Source of the DNA: Bradyrhizobium sp.
Lineage (GTDB): Bacteria; Pseudomonadota; Alphaproteobacteria; Rhizobiales; Xanthobacteraceae
Length of the DNA: 64,000 nucleotides
Direction: 5' to 3'
Assembly (NCBI RefSeq): GCF_035273305.1
Contig: NZ_DATEPI010000104.1
Span: 4,979-68,978 of the forward strand
Position numbers and translations under genes: made by a program. Each line of letters starts with the position of its first letter. Within the stretch, counting starts at the first letter, position 1. Positions 1 to 9,388 of this stretch are shown here, piece by piece. The notes beneath the pieces were generated by a model. The model ran no database searches. It had not been told where the DNA came from and worked only from the letters and a program-made list of their open reading frames with translations.

Positions 1-1
1 G

Positions 2-127
2 GTCATGAATTTGGATAATCTGAATGCATCCGACCAGCCCGGCAGTCCTGCTGCGGCCTCCGAATCCGCTTCAGACTATTCGGACAAGAACCGGTCTTCT
101 TCGGTCAAGAGCAGCAACGCGAAATGA
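2..127 (+). CDS. lptC: 3' end of probable LPS export protein LptC (truncated by window edge)
   Basis: Open frame from the edge (VMNLDNLNASDQP...SSNAK) ends in TGA 125-127, overlapping the lptA ATG (ATGA). Identity rests on position in lptC-lptA-lptB. Confidence 0.6.
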   Translation, partial: VMNLDNLNASDQPGSPAAASESASDYSDKNRSSSVKSSNAK

Positions 128-819
128 ATTGCAGACGCAGCACTCTCAGCCGGATCGTAGGCGCTGTGATTGCCGCCGCGTTCACGATCGCCATGGGCGC
201 GTCCGGTGACGCAGGTGCGCAAAGCACGATGACGGGCGTGCCGAATGCCATGCAGGGCTTTTCGCAGAATCGCGATCAACCGATCCAGATCGAAGCAGCG
301 TCGCTTGAAATGCGCGACAAGAAAAAGGAAGCGACATTTTCGGGCAATGTAAAGGTGGTGCAGGGCGACACCACCATGACGTCAAAGAGCCTGGTGGTCT
401 TTTACGATTCAAATTCGCCTTCCGCCCCATCGCCAGCATCAAGCGGCAAAGCGGCGAAATCAGCACCGATGCAGTCCGCAAGCCCGGGACCCGGAGGCAG
501 CTCATCGATTCGCCGGCTGGAAGCGAGGGGCAGCGTCGTGGTGACGCAAAAAGACCAGGTCGTGACCGGAGAGACCGCGGTGTTTGACACCCGGGCCAAC
601 CTGATCACGATGCTTGGCGGGATCGTGCTGACCCAATGCAAGAACGTGCTACGCGGTGACCGGCTATTCGTGGACATGACGACCGGTGTGTCGCGGGTAG
701 AATCCGACAGCGGCAAGGTTCAAGGCCTGTTCATACAGTCCGGGCAGGGTTGCGGGTCAGGTTCGTCGGCCTCTGGATCGCCGTTGCCCGGATTTGGCTC
801 TTCAAATAAATCGAAGTGA
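124..819 (+). CDS. lptA: LptA/OstA-family LPS transport protein
   Basis: Signal-peptide-like N-terminus; OstA beta-jellyroll segments (PIQIEAASLE, ATFSGNVKVVQG, LRGDRLFVDM); upstream of lptB. Confidence 0.9.
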   Translation: MNCRRSTLSRIVGAVIAAAFTIAMGASGDAGAQSTMTGVPNAMQGFSQNRDQPIQIEAASLEMRDKKKEATFSGNVKVVQGDTTMTSKSLVVFYDSNSPSAPSPASSGKAAKSAPMQSASPGPGGSSSIRRLEARGSVVVTQKDQVVTGETAVFDTRANLITMLGGIVLTQCKNVLRGDRLFVDMTTGVSRVESDSGKVQGLFIQSGQGCGSGSSASGSPLPGFGSSNKSK

Positions 820-1132
820 TATCAGCGGCTTGACAAAGTACTGCAGTCCGCAAGGTTGAAGCCTGCGGCATCCACCTGTATTTACGGCACGATCATAAGT
901 GATCGGGAATGCAAATCCGGTTGCGCGTCGGATCGGGCTGTAAATTCTTTAAAACAGCGCGATGTCCTTTCGCCGGCGGCTCCAATCTTTTCCGATCGCG
1001 CGCCGAAGGAGTCGGTGACGGAAATCGAGGGTGTTTCGCTGGGCAAGCGACACCCATTGCTTCATGTTGCGCGAGCGAATCGAATCGCCGGGCGGGTGTG
1101 AGATCACCCCTGAAAGGCAGAGCGAAGCGAGG

Positions 1133-2104
1133 ATGGTGGATTTACTCGGCATGTTCCGTCGCCGGCCGGCCAAACGCAGTCCGCCAGGATTTGCGCGCTC
1201 GCGTGCGGACATCACCTCGGTCCGAGACACGATGGGCGGCGTGCTGACCAGCCCGGTTCGGGACGCGCCTCCAACCGCACGCGAAGCGCCCTTGCCGAAG
1301 CCGCAGCCGCCCCGGGGCGGAGAGAGGCCGAAGCCGCGCAAGGCTAATGGAGCCAGCACCGCCTTTCGATCAGCGCAACGACCGGGCTATCTGGCGGTGC
1401 ATAGTGTTGAAAAAAGTTTCGGAACGCGGCAAGTCGTTCGCGGCGTCAGCATCTATGTCCGTCGCGGCGAGGCGGTCGGTTTGCTTGGGCCGAATGGCGC
1501 GGGCAAGACCACCGTATTTTACATGATCACCGGGCTGATCAAGGCGGATCGCGGCGCGATCGAGCTCGATGGCCACGACGTCACCAGACTGCCGATGTAC
1601 CAGCGTGCCCGGCTCGGAATTGGTTACCTGCCACAGGAAGCTTCGATCTTTCGCGGCCTCACCGTTGAACAAAACATTCGCGCCGTGCTGGAGGTCGTGG
1701 AGCCCTCCAAAAAGAAACGCGAGGCCGAGCTTAACTCGCTGCTGGATGAATTCAATATCGCCCGACTGCGCAAGACACCGTCGATCGCACTCTCCGGTGG
1801 CGAGCGGCGGCGCGTCGAGATCGCGCGTGCGCTTGCGACCCGGCCCAACTATATGCTGCTCGACGAGCCGTTCGCCGGCATCGATCCGATCGCAGTGGGC
1901 GACATTCAGGATCTGGTCCGCCATCTTACCAATCGCGGCATCGGCGTGCTGATCACGGACCATAACGTTCGCGAAACGCTCGGACTGACCGACCGCGCCT
2001 ATATTGTCTACGCCGGTGAAATTCTGACCGAGGGCAGTCCGGAGGAAATTGTTAACGATCCGGATGTACGCCGCCTTTACCTTGGCGAAGAATTCCGGCT
2101 CTAA
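1133..2104 (+). CDS. lptB: LPS export ABC ATPase LptB with N-terminal extension
   Basis: Walker A GPNGAGKT, signature LSGGERRR, Walker B LLDEP, C-terminal YLGEEFRL; precedes rpoN. Start placed at ATG 1133 (track ORF starts 1031). Confidence 0.93.
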   Translation: MVDLLGMFRRRPAKRSPPGFARSRADITSVRDTMGGVLTSPVRDAPPTAREAPLPKPQPPRGGERPKPRKANGASTAFRSAQRPGYLAVHSVEKSFGTRQVVRGVSIYVRRGEAVGLLGPNGAGKTTVFYMITGLIKADRGAIELDGHDVTRLPMYQRARLGIGYLPQEASIFRGLTVEQNIRAVLEVVEPSKKKREAELNSLLDEFNIARLRKTPSIALSGGERRRVEIARALATRPNYMLLDEPFAGIDPIAVGDIQDLVRHLTNRGIGVLITDHNVRETLGLTDRAYIVYAGEILTEGSPEEIVNDPDVRRLYLGEEFRL

Positions 2105-2175
2105 ATGAGACTGGAAAATCGTCTCCACATTTTTCGCGCCGGTCAAGCCGTGTACATCGGCGCTGGACTGAGTTA

Positions 2176-2191
2176 AGCAAGAATCGGACCA
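2176..2191 (-). promoter_or_regulatory. Antisense sigma54 (-24/-12) site upstream of rpoN
   Basis: Minus strand reads TGGTCC-GATTC-TTGCT (GG-N10-GC), ending 27 bp before the rpoN ATG. Confidence 0.6.
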
Positions 2192-2217
2192 ACTTTCAGG
2201 TATCGGCTCTTGCCTCC

Positions 2218-3858
2218 ATGGCGCTGACGCAGAGATTAGAGTTCCGGCAATCGCAGTCGCTGGTGATGACGCCGCAATTGATGCAGGCGATCAAGCTGCT
2301 GCAACTGTCGAATCTCGACCTGTCGGCATTCGTCGAGGAGGAATTGGAGCGGAATCCGCTGCTGGAACGCGCTGAGGGCCCCGAGCCCGCGGTTGCGGGG
2401 GAGCCGGTGCCCGAGCGCGAATTTTCCGACTCCGACCATTCTTCTGGCGACGATGCCGGCACCGAGGGCTCCCAAGGCGGATTGAACTCGGCTGACGGAT
2501 TCGAAGCGGTCCAGGAAGACTGGCTTGCCCACGACCTCGGCACTCGAGCCGAAATCGAGCAGACCCTCGACACACCGCTCGAGAACGTATTTTCCGAGGA
2601 GCCGGCCGAGGCTGCGGCGCGAACCGCCCAGGATGCGGCTCCGACGGCCTACACCGAATGGGGAGGCGGTGCTTCCAACGACGATAGCTACAATCTCGAA
2701 GCCTTTGTCGCGGACGAAGTTACGCTCGGCAGCCATCTGGCTGAACAACTGGCGGTGGCTTTCAACGATCCGGCGCGGCGCATGGTCGGTCAGTACCTGA
2801 TCGATCTCGTGGATGAGGCGGGCTACGTTCCTGCCGATCTCGGGCAGGCTTCCGAGCGGCTTGGCGCCTCGCAACAGGACGTAGAGGCGGTTCTCACGGT
2901 GCTGCAGAAATTCGATCCGCCTGGCGTGTGCGCGCGAAATTTGAGCGAATGCCTCGCGATCCAACTTCGCGAACTCGACCGATACGATCCGGCGATGCAG
3001 GCGCTGGTCGAAAATCTCGATCTCCTGGCCAAGCGCGACATCGCGGCTTTACGAAAACTGTGCGGGGTCGATGATGACGACATCACCGACATGATCGCTG
3101 AAATTCGCCGTCTTGATCCAAAGCCCGGGTTGAAGTTCGGATCGACGCGAACGCAGACCATGGTGCCGGATGTGTATGTGAGGCCGGGACCCGATGGCGG
3201 ATGGCACGTCGAACTCAACAGCGACACGTTGCCGCGCGTGCTGGTCAACCAGACCTATTACACTGAGTTGTCAAAGACGGTTCGCAAGGACGGCGATAAA
3301 TCCTATTTCAGCGATTGTCTGCAGAATGCAACTTGGCTTGTGCGAGCGCTCGATCAGCGCGCCCGCACCATCTTGAAGGTCGCGACCGAAATCGTGCGTC
3401 AGCAGGATGGCTTCTTCGCGCGCGGTGTCGCGCATTTGCGCCCGCTGAACCTCAAGACTGTGGCCGATGCGATCCAGATGCACGAATCGACGGTGTCCCG
3501 GGTCACTGCCAACAAATACATGGCGACCAATCGCGGCAGTTTCGAATTGAAGTATTTCTTCACTGCTTCGATCGCCTCAGCCCACGGCGGCGAAGCTCAT
3601 TCGGCGGAGGCGGTGCGCCACCAGATCAAACAGCTGATCGACATGGAAGAACCAACGGCGATATTATCGGATGATACCATTGTGGAACGATTGCGTGGAT
3701 CCGGTATTGATATTGCCCGGCGTACCGTCGCCAAGTACCGCGAAGCCATGCGCATCCCCTCCTCCGTGCAGCGACGCCGTGATAAGCAAAGCATGCTTGG
3801 TAATGCACTTTCCGCGCCCGCATCGTCAGACCGGTCCCGCGATACGCAGCCTGCCTGA
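2218..3858 (+). CDS. rpoN: RNA polymerase sigma-54 factor
   Basis: Gln/Leu-rich region I (QSQSLVMTPQLMQAIKLLQL), HTH (HESTVSRV), RpoN box ARRTVAKYRE. Confidence 0.98.
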   Translation: MALTQRLEFRQSQSLVMTPQLMQAIKLLQLSNLDLSAFVEEELERNPLLERAEGPEPAVAGEPVPEREFSDSDHSSGDDAGTEGSQGGLNSADGFEAVQEDWLAHDLGTRAEIEQTLDTPLENVFSEEPAEAAARTAQDAAPTAYTEWGGGASNDDSYNLEAFVADEVTLGSHLAEQLAVAFNDPARRMVGQYLIDLVDEAGYVPADLGQASERLGASQQDVEAVLTVLQKFDPPGVCARNLSECLAIQLRELDRYDPAMQALVENLDLLAKRDIAALRKLCGVDDDDITDMIAEIRRLDPKPGLKFGSTRTQTMVPDVYVRPGPDGGWHVELNSDTLPRVLVNQTYYTELSKTVRKDGDKSYFSDCLQNATWLVRALDQRARTILKVATEIVRQQDGFFARGVAHLRPLNLKTVADAIQMHESTVSRVTANKYMATNRGSFELKYFFTASIASAHGGEAHSAEAVRHQIKQLIDMEEPTAILSDDTIVERLRGSGIDIARRTVAKYREAMRIPSSVQRRRDKQSMLGNALSAPASSDRSRDTQPA

Positions 3859-3916
3859 TTGTTCAGCCGGGTCGGGATAGTGTCGGCTCCCATTCTGGTA
3901 ATCGAGGCAACAGGAA

Positions 3917-4531
3917 ATGAGTCTGCGGATTTCGGGAAAGAGCATCAATCTCGGCGAGGCCCTGCGCGGGCGAGTCAACGAGCGCACCGATGAGGTGTTG
4001 CGCAAGTATTTTGATGGCAACTATTCCGGCCACATCACGCTGAGCAAGGATGGTTTCGGTTTTCGTACCGAATGTGCGCTGCATCTGGATTCGGGCATTA
4101 CGTTGGAGGCCGACTCCAATGCACCCGACGCGTATGCCAGCGCCGATCAGGCGCTGCTGATGATCGAAAAGCGATTGCGGCGCTACAAGAGCAGGCTAAA
4201 GGACCGTTCGGCCCGCAAAGCGCACGCCGCTTCGGAAGCGCTTGCGGAGATCAGCGCGCCGGCGCTGGACGCATCAAGCTATGTCATCGAATCGCCAGCC
4301 GAAAGCGATGAAGAGATGATCGGCTACGCTCCCGTAATCATCGCGGAGACCAGCACGTCGTTGAAGCGGCTGTCCGTCAGCGAGGCTGTGATGGAACTGG
4401 ATCTGACCGGCGCGCCCTGCATCGTGTTCCAGCATGGCTCCACTGGCCGGGTGAACGTCATTTACCGGCGTTCGGACGGCAATATTGGCTGGGTCGACCC
4501 GCCGGGAGGCAAGCAGGAGGATCAGGCGTGA
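3917..4531 (+). CDS. hpf: Long-form ribosome hibernation promoting factor (HPF/RaiA)
   Basis: S30AE N-domain (ISGKSINLGEAL; EKRLRRYK) plus C-terminal domain (VIYRRSDGNIGWVDP); downstream of rpoN. Confidence 0.93.
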   Translation: MSLRISGKSINLGEALRGRVNERTDEVLRKYFDGNYSGHITLSKDGFGFRTECALHLDSGITLEADSNAPDAYASADQALLMIEKRLRRYKSRLKDRSARKAHAASEALAEISAPALDASSYVIESPAESDEEMIGYAPVIIAETSTSLKRLSVSEAVMELDLTGAPCIVFQHGSTGRVNVIYRRSDGNIGWVDPPGGKQEDQA

Positions 4532-4537
4532 CCGGCA

Positions 4538-4566
4538 TTGACGACCCTTGGGCCCCTCCCTATGGT
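4538..4566 (+). promoter_or_regulatory. Putative sigma70 promoter for ptsN
   Basis: TTGACG-N17-TATGGT directly after the hpf stop. Confidence 0.5.
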
Positions 4567-4748
4567 CCGCGCCCCGAACGGCGCCGCCGTCAAAAGCGGT
4601 GCGGCGGGAGTTGGCAGCGGAGCGCGGTTGGAGTAGAAGCCGCGCAACCAAAATCCGGGTGTAACCCGGCCTACCGTCTCATCTTCTTGACGCCGCCCTG
4701 CTAAAGCTTATTTCTCATACTGACGGCTAATTCACCTCGGAACGCCCC

Positions 4749-5210
4749 ATGACGATTACCGATCTGGTCGCACCCGAGGCCATTCTGCCCGCGTTGAAAG
4801 TCAACACCAAGAAGCAGGCGCTCCAGGAACTTGCCGCGCGCGCATCAGCGCTGACCGGCCAGAACGAACGCGCGATTTTCGAGGTGCTGCTGCAGCGCGA
4901 GAAGTTGGGAACCACCGCGGTCGGTTATGGCGTGGCAATACCGCATGGCAAGCTTCCCAAGCTCGAAAAACTGTTCGGCTTTTTTGCGCGACTGGAGCGG
5001 CCGATCGATTTCGAGGCGATGGATGGCCAGCCGGTTGATCTCGTGTTCCTGCTGCTGGCGCCTGAAGGGGCCGGCGCCGATCATCTGAAGGCGTTGGCGA
5101 GAATAGCGCGGCTGTTGCGCGACCAGGACGTCGCCAAAAAACTGCGCGCGTCCCGCGACGCGCCAGCGATCTATTCAGTGCTCGCGCTACCGCCCGCGAG
5201 CGCGGCGTAG
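4749..5210 (+). CDS. ptsN: PTS EIIA(Ntr)
   Basis: LQREKLGTTAVGYGVAIPHGK with phospho-His motif; rpoN cluster context. Confidence 0.95.
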   Translation: MTITDLVAPEAILPALKVNTKKQALQELAARASALTGQNERAIFEVLLQREKLGTTAVGYGVAIPHGKLPKLEKLFGFFARLERPIDFEAMDGQPVDLVFLLLAPEGAGADHLKALARIARLLRDQDVAKKLRASRDAPAIYSVLALPPASAA

Positions 5211-5518
5211 ACGCGGAATGTCTCCGGCAAATCGATCGCTATGCCATCGGGCAGCGTCACCGGCCCGGTGGCGTTATCGATCCTGTGATCAATTTGTAGT
5301 TCGAGCCAGCGGCCGGCGACGGCGCGGGAGCGACTTCAGATCGGAATCAAGCAGGCGCCGATCTCTCGCCCCAAAGAGAAACGCGGGCTCTATTCCGGCC
5401 AAGCCAGAACAACAACCCGCGTTCGATATCGTGAATTCTTGATTTAACGTCGCTGATGCAGCGAGCATGCGCTGCGAATCTCAGGCTTGGTTTTAGCGAC
5501 GCGGCGTACCGGCAGTAT

Positions 5519-5785
5519 TCAGTGAACGCTGACCGCTTGGAGTTCGTTGCTCCATGCGTTTGCGATCGCCGCTTCGCGGCTGTCGGTCAGCATGATCGGA
5601 GTGCCATCGGCGGCGTGGAGTGCGAACAGCTTCAGGCCGGGCGCGATCTTCGGCGCCTGCGGAAACAGGACCGGCACATCCTCGGAGCGGATCTGCTTCA
5701 CGTACGCGATGGAACCCTCGCCCAAGGTCGCCAGCGACTCCGTTGAGACGGCCGCCGGTTCAAAAACAACAGTACCTTCAGTCAT
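5519..5785 (-). CDS. DUF1150-family small protein
   Basis: LGEGSIAYVK...LFALHAADGTPIMLTDSREAA pattern; GAGGAG SD before ATG 5785; follows Hsp20. Confidence 0.75.
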   Translation of the reverse strand: MTEGTVVFEPAAVSTESLATLGEGSIAYVKQIRSEDVPVLFPQAPKIAPGLKLFALHAADGTPIMLTDSREAAIANAWSNELQAVSVH

Positions 5786-5835
5786 GGTCTCGACTCCTCT
5801 GTTGGAATAAGCGGTCGAGTCCGCTACTCGTTCCA

Positions 5836-6261
5836 TTATTCATGTTCATTGATAGCGATTGTCTTAACGACCTTTTCCGGCTCAGGCCGGGCCAAATCGA
5901 TCGACAAAAGCCCGTTTTTCAGGTCCGCGCCCAGCACCTGCATCCCCTCCGCCAGCACGAAAGTGCGCTGGAAATGACGCGCGGCGATGCCGCGGTGGAT
6001 GTATTGCCGAGCCTTGTCCTCCTGCTGACGGCCCCGGATCACGAGCTGGTTTTCCTCAATGGTTATATCGAGTTGGTCGCGGGTAAATCCGGCGACCGCC
6101 AGCGTGATTCGCAGCCGTTCGGGCTGGCCGTTGGCGCGATCACACCTCTCGATATTGTACGGAGGATAGCCGTCGGCGCCTTTGACGACGCGATCGAGCG
6201 CTCGCTCGATTTCGTCGAATCCCAGAAGGAACGGACTGGATAACGAAGGAACACGAGTCAT
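5836..6261 (-). CDS. Small heat-shock protein (Hsp20/IbpA-like)
   Basis: LLGFD, YPPYNIE, ITLAVAGF, YIHRGIAARHFQRTF, ADLKNGLLSIDL motifs of IbpA-type alpha-crystallin proteins. Confidence 0.93.
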   Translation of the reverse strand: MTRVPSLSSPFLLGFDEIERALDRVVKGADGYPPYNIERCDRANGQPERLRITLAVAGFTRDQLDITIEENQLVIRGRQQEDKARQYIHRGIAARHFQRTFVLAEGMQVLGADLKNGLLSIDLARPEPEKVVKTIAINEHE

Positions 6262-6355
6262 TTTTTTACAAAGTCCTCTCGAAGCGACTTTGACAGTCTG
6301 GAGCCCTTTCGGCGCTCCTGCCTACGCGGCCCGGCGGCGGCTTAGCCCTCCGGAC
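6259..6355 (-). promoter_or_regulatory. ROSE-like RNA thermometer in the Hsp20 5' UTR
   Basis: 3' hairpin CAAAGUCGCU-UCG-AGAGGACUUUG (6269-6292) pairs a UCGCU motif with the SD; upstream GGAGCGCC-GAAA-GGGCUCC hairpin. Confidence 0.7.
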
Positions 6356-6362
6356 AAGCCCA

Positions 6363-6391
6363 ATATGGCAATGGCTTAGGCTAGGTTCAAG
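6363..6391 (-). promoter_or_regulatory. RpoH (sigma32)-like promoter of hsp20
   Basis: CTTGAA-N17-CCATAT on the minus strand. Confidence 0.6.
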
Positions 6392-6424
6392 CGCTGCAAC
6401 GCACCGTCCGGAACTCGCCCAAAG

Positions 6425-7504
6425 CTACAGTTTGATCCGGTTTCGACCATCGGCGCTAAATAGGTGCAGCTTGTCGCGAGGTGCGGCGGCGTGGATACGC
6501 TCGCCGATCGAGGGGGCGGTGGCGCCGGGAAGCCGAACGATGACTTCGCCGGGGGCCAGCTCGCCCGGTCTGAGGCTCACGGTCGGAGTGTCGCGTTCCT
6601 GTGAGCGGATGCCGTAGACGTATGTTTCAGCACCGACCCGCTCGATCGCCTCCACTGTCAGCTGCAATCCCAGACCGCCCGTCGGCTTTTCGCTTGTCAG
6701 TAGCAGGTCCTCCGGGCGAATACCGAGGATGCCGTCGTTGCCGGGCGCCTGAAATCCCCCCGCATCGCGTAGCGGCATCAGATTCATCGGCGGCGCGCCG
6801 ATGAACGAGGCGACAAAGGTCGTCATGGGTTTCTGATAAATCTCAAGCGGATTGCCGATCTGCTCGACACGGCCACCATTCATCACCACCAGGATGTCGG
6901 CAAGAGTCATGGCCTCAAGCTGGTCATGCGTGACGTAGATCGAGGTGGTCTGCAGCCGGCGCTGCAATTTGCGGATTTCGACCCGCATCGCAATCCGCAG
7001 CTTGGCGTCAAGATTAGACAAAGGCTCATCGAACAGAAACACTTTCGGCTGCCGGACAATGGCGCGTCCCATCGCGACGCGCTGGCGCTGTCCGCCGGAG
7101 AGCTGCCGCGGCTTGCGCTCCAGCATCGCGCCAAGTTCGAGGATGCGCGCAGCTTCCTGCACACGCGTGTCGATCTCGGGCCGGGGCATGCGCCGGTTGC
7201 GAAGGCCGTACGCCATGTTGTTGTAGACGCTCATATGCGGATAGAGCGCGTAATTCTGGAACACCATCGCGATATCGCGATCGGCCGGCTCGATGCCGTT
7301 GACGATACGGCCACCAATATCAATTTCACCGCCGCTAACGGTCTCGAGCCCTGCGACCATACGCAGCAGTGTGGATTTGCCACAGCCGGAGGGACCCACC
7401 AGGACGCAAAGCTGGCCATCGCCTACCTCGAAGTCGATACCTTTGATCGCTTCGAAGCCGCCGGGATAGGTCTTGCGGACGTTGCGGAGCGTTACGTTGG
7501 CCAT
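6425..7504 (-). CDS. ugpC: sn-glycerol-3-phosphate ABC ATPase
   Basis: [42 protein letters not shown]; last gene of the ugp operon. Confidence 0.92.
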   Translation of the reverse strand: MANVTLRNVRKTYPGGFEAIKGIDFEVGDGQLCVLVGPSGCGKSTLLRMVAGLETVSGGEIDIGGRIVNGIEPADRDIAMVFQNYALYPHMSVYNNMAYGLRNRRMPRPEIDTRVQEAARILELGAMLERKPRQLSGGQRQRVAMGRAIVRQPKVFLFDEPLSNLDAKLRIAMRVEIRKLQRRLQTTSIYVTHDQLEAMTLADILVVMNGGRVEQIGNPLEIYQKPMTTFVASFIGAPPMNLMPLRDAGGFQAPGNDGILGIRPEDLLLTSEKPTGGLGLQLTVEAIERVGAETYVYGIRSQERDTPTVSLRPGELAPGEVIVRLPGATAPSIGERIHAAAPRDKLHLFSADGRNRIKL

Positions 7505-7589
7505 GAAATCTCTTTCAAGAGGGCGCTAGCTGCGAGCACGGAGCCGCGGAGAAGTGACGTTTCATTGGCCTTTCCCGTTTCCGCTGCCT

Positions 7590-8438
7590 TCATTTTTCAG
7601 TCTCGACCAGGCCGCGCACGAATAGTTTCTGCATGACGAGAACGATAAACACCGGCGGCAGCATGGCCAATACGGCCGTCGCCATCACGACAGGCCATTC
7701 GGTCAGCGCATCGGTGGTGGTGATCATCTTGCGGATGCCGATCTGGATGGTCTGCATGTCGTCGCGCGTGGTGATCAGAAGAGGCCAGAGATATTGGTTC
7801 CAGCCGAGGATGAACAGGATCACGAACAGGGCGGCCATGTTGGTGCGCGACAGCGGCAACAGGGTATCCCAGAAGAAGCGGAGCGGTCCGGCGCCGTCGA
7901 TACGCGAGGCCTCAAGCAATTCATCAGGAACTGTCATGAAGAATTGCCGGAACAGAAGCGTTGCGGTCGCTGAGGCGATGAGCGGCAGCGCAAGGCCCGC
8001 GTAACTGTCGAGCAAGTGCAGGTCGGCGACAATCTTGTAGGTTGGATAGATACGCACTTCGACAGGCAGCATCAGCGTGATGAAGATGAGCCAGAAAATC
8101 GACATCCGGAACGGAAACCGGAAATAGACGACCGCGTAGGCCGATATGATCGAGATCGCGATCTTGCCGACCGCGATCAGCATCGACATCACAAGCGAGT
8201 TGAGCAGCATCGTACTCACCGGCTCGCGCGTCGAGCCGCTCGTGCCGACAAAGATGGTCCTGTAATAGGTCTCCAAAAAATGACCGCCCGGCAACAGCGA
8301 CATCTGACCGTTGGCAATTACTGCATTGTCCTGTGTGGACGCGATGAAAGCCAGATAAACCGGAAATGCGACGATCGCGATCCCGACCCACAGAATGCCG
8401 TGAGCGACATAACGGCGGATGCCCTCGCGCTCGACCAT
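7590..8438 (-). CDS. ugpE: sn-glycerol-3-phosphate ABC permease
   Basis: EAA motif ELLEASRIDGAGP; TLMLPVEVRIYPTY; UgpE-like C-terminus. Confidence 0.9.
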   Translation of the reverse strand: MVEREGIRRYVAHGILWVGIAIVAFPVYLAFIASTQDNAVIANGQMSLLPGGHFLETYYRTIFVGTSGSTREPVSTMLLNSLVMSMLIAVGKIAISIISAYAVVYFRFPFRMSIFWLIFITLMLPVEVRIYPTYKIVADLHLLDSYAGLALPLIASATATLLFRQFFMTVPDELLEASRIDGAGPLRFFWDTLLPLSRTNMAALFVILFILGWNQYLWPLLITTRDDMQTIQIGIRKMITTTDALTEWPVVMATAVLAMLPPVFIVLVMQKLFVRGLVETEK

Positions 8439-9319
8439 CAGTAGGTCACCTTGCGTTCGACGAACCGGAACTGGACTGCGGTCAACACGATCACGATAGC
8501 CATGAGGATGACGGACTGTGCCGCGGAGCTGCCGAGGTTGCCGCCGAGCAGGCCGTCGCCATAGACCTTGTAGACGAGCGTTTCAGTAGCCTTTGCAGGG
8601 CCGCCGCGGGTCATCGTGTCGATGATGCCGAAGGTATCGAAGAAGGCGTAAACGATGTTTATGACCAGCAGGAAGAAGATCGTCGGCGACAGCAACGGGA
8701 AGATGATGGTCCAGAATCGTCGCATCGGACGCGCTCCGTCGATCGCGGCTGCCTCAATCACGCTCCTGGGGATTGCCTGCAGGCCGGCGAGGAAGAACAG
8801 GAAATTGTAGGAGATCTGTTTCCAGGCCGCGGCCAGGATGATCAGCAGCGCAGCCTGATCGCCGTCGAGCAGCGGGTTCCAGTCGATTCCCATCGCGCGA
8901 AGACCGTGCGCCAGAATGCCCAGCGACGGATTGAGCATGAACACCCACAGCACCCCGACAACGGGAGGAGCCACCGCATAAGGCCAGATCAGGAGCGTTC
9001 GGTAGAATGTGCCGCCGCGAAGTGGCTTGTCGGCCATTACGGCGAGCAGCAGCGCGAGGCTGAGCGAGGCGGCGGCGATCGCGAACGAGAACACGAAGGT
9101 CCTGACGATGGTGCTGAAATATTCCGGTTGGCTCAGCAGATCCCGGTAATTCTCAAACCAGACGAAGGTCGTCGAGAGCCCAAAGGCATCCTGCTGCAGG
9201 AACGACTGCAGCACCGCCTGCGCGGCAGGCCAGTAAAAGAAGACTAAAACGACCGCGAGCTGCGGCGCGACCAGCGCGTAGGGCAGCAGGCGGGACTGGA
9301 AGACGGATTGCTTCTGCAT
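8438..9319 (-). CDS. ugpA: sn-glycerol-3-phosphate ABC permease
   Basis: EAA motif EAAAIDGA; [11 protein letters not shown]; TETLVYKVY. Confidence 0.9.
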   Translation of the reverse strand: MQKQSVFQSRLLPYALVAPQLAVVLVFFYWPAAQAVLQSFLQQDAFGLSTTFVWFENYRDLLSQPEYFSTIVRTFVFSFAIAAASLSLALLLAVMADKPLRGGTFYRTLLIWPYAVAPPVVGVLWVFMLNPSLGILAHGLRAMGIDWNPLLDGDQAALLIILAAAWKQISYNFLFFLAGLQAIPRSVIEAAAIDGARPMRRFWTIIFPLLSPTIFFLLVINIVYAFFDTFGIIDTMTRGGPAKATETLVYKVYGDGLLGGNLGSSAAQSVILMAIVIVLTAVQFRFVERKVTY

Positions 9320-9335
9320 GAGAGCCGGGCGGGTA

Positions 9336-9358
9336 GCAGGCCGCGGGATGCGGCCTGC
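9336..9358. other. Intercistronic hairpin between ugpB and ugpA
   Basis: GCAGGCCGC-GGGAT-GCGGCCTGC, 9-bp perfect stem without a clear U-tract. Confidence 0.5.
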
Positions 9359-9388
9359 CGTATCGTTATTGACTCAATGTATCGGCCC

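Noticed and set aside
856-1101. 81-aa ORF between lptA and lptB
   Set aside because: TTG start with no clear SD and no recognisable motif.
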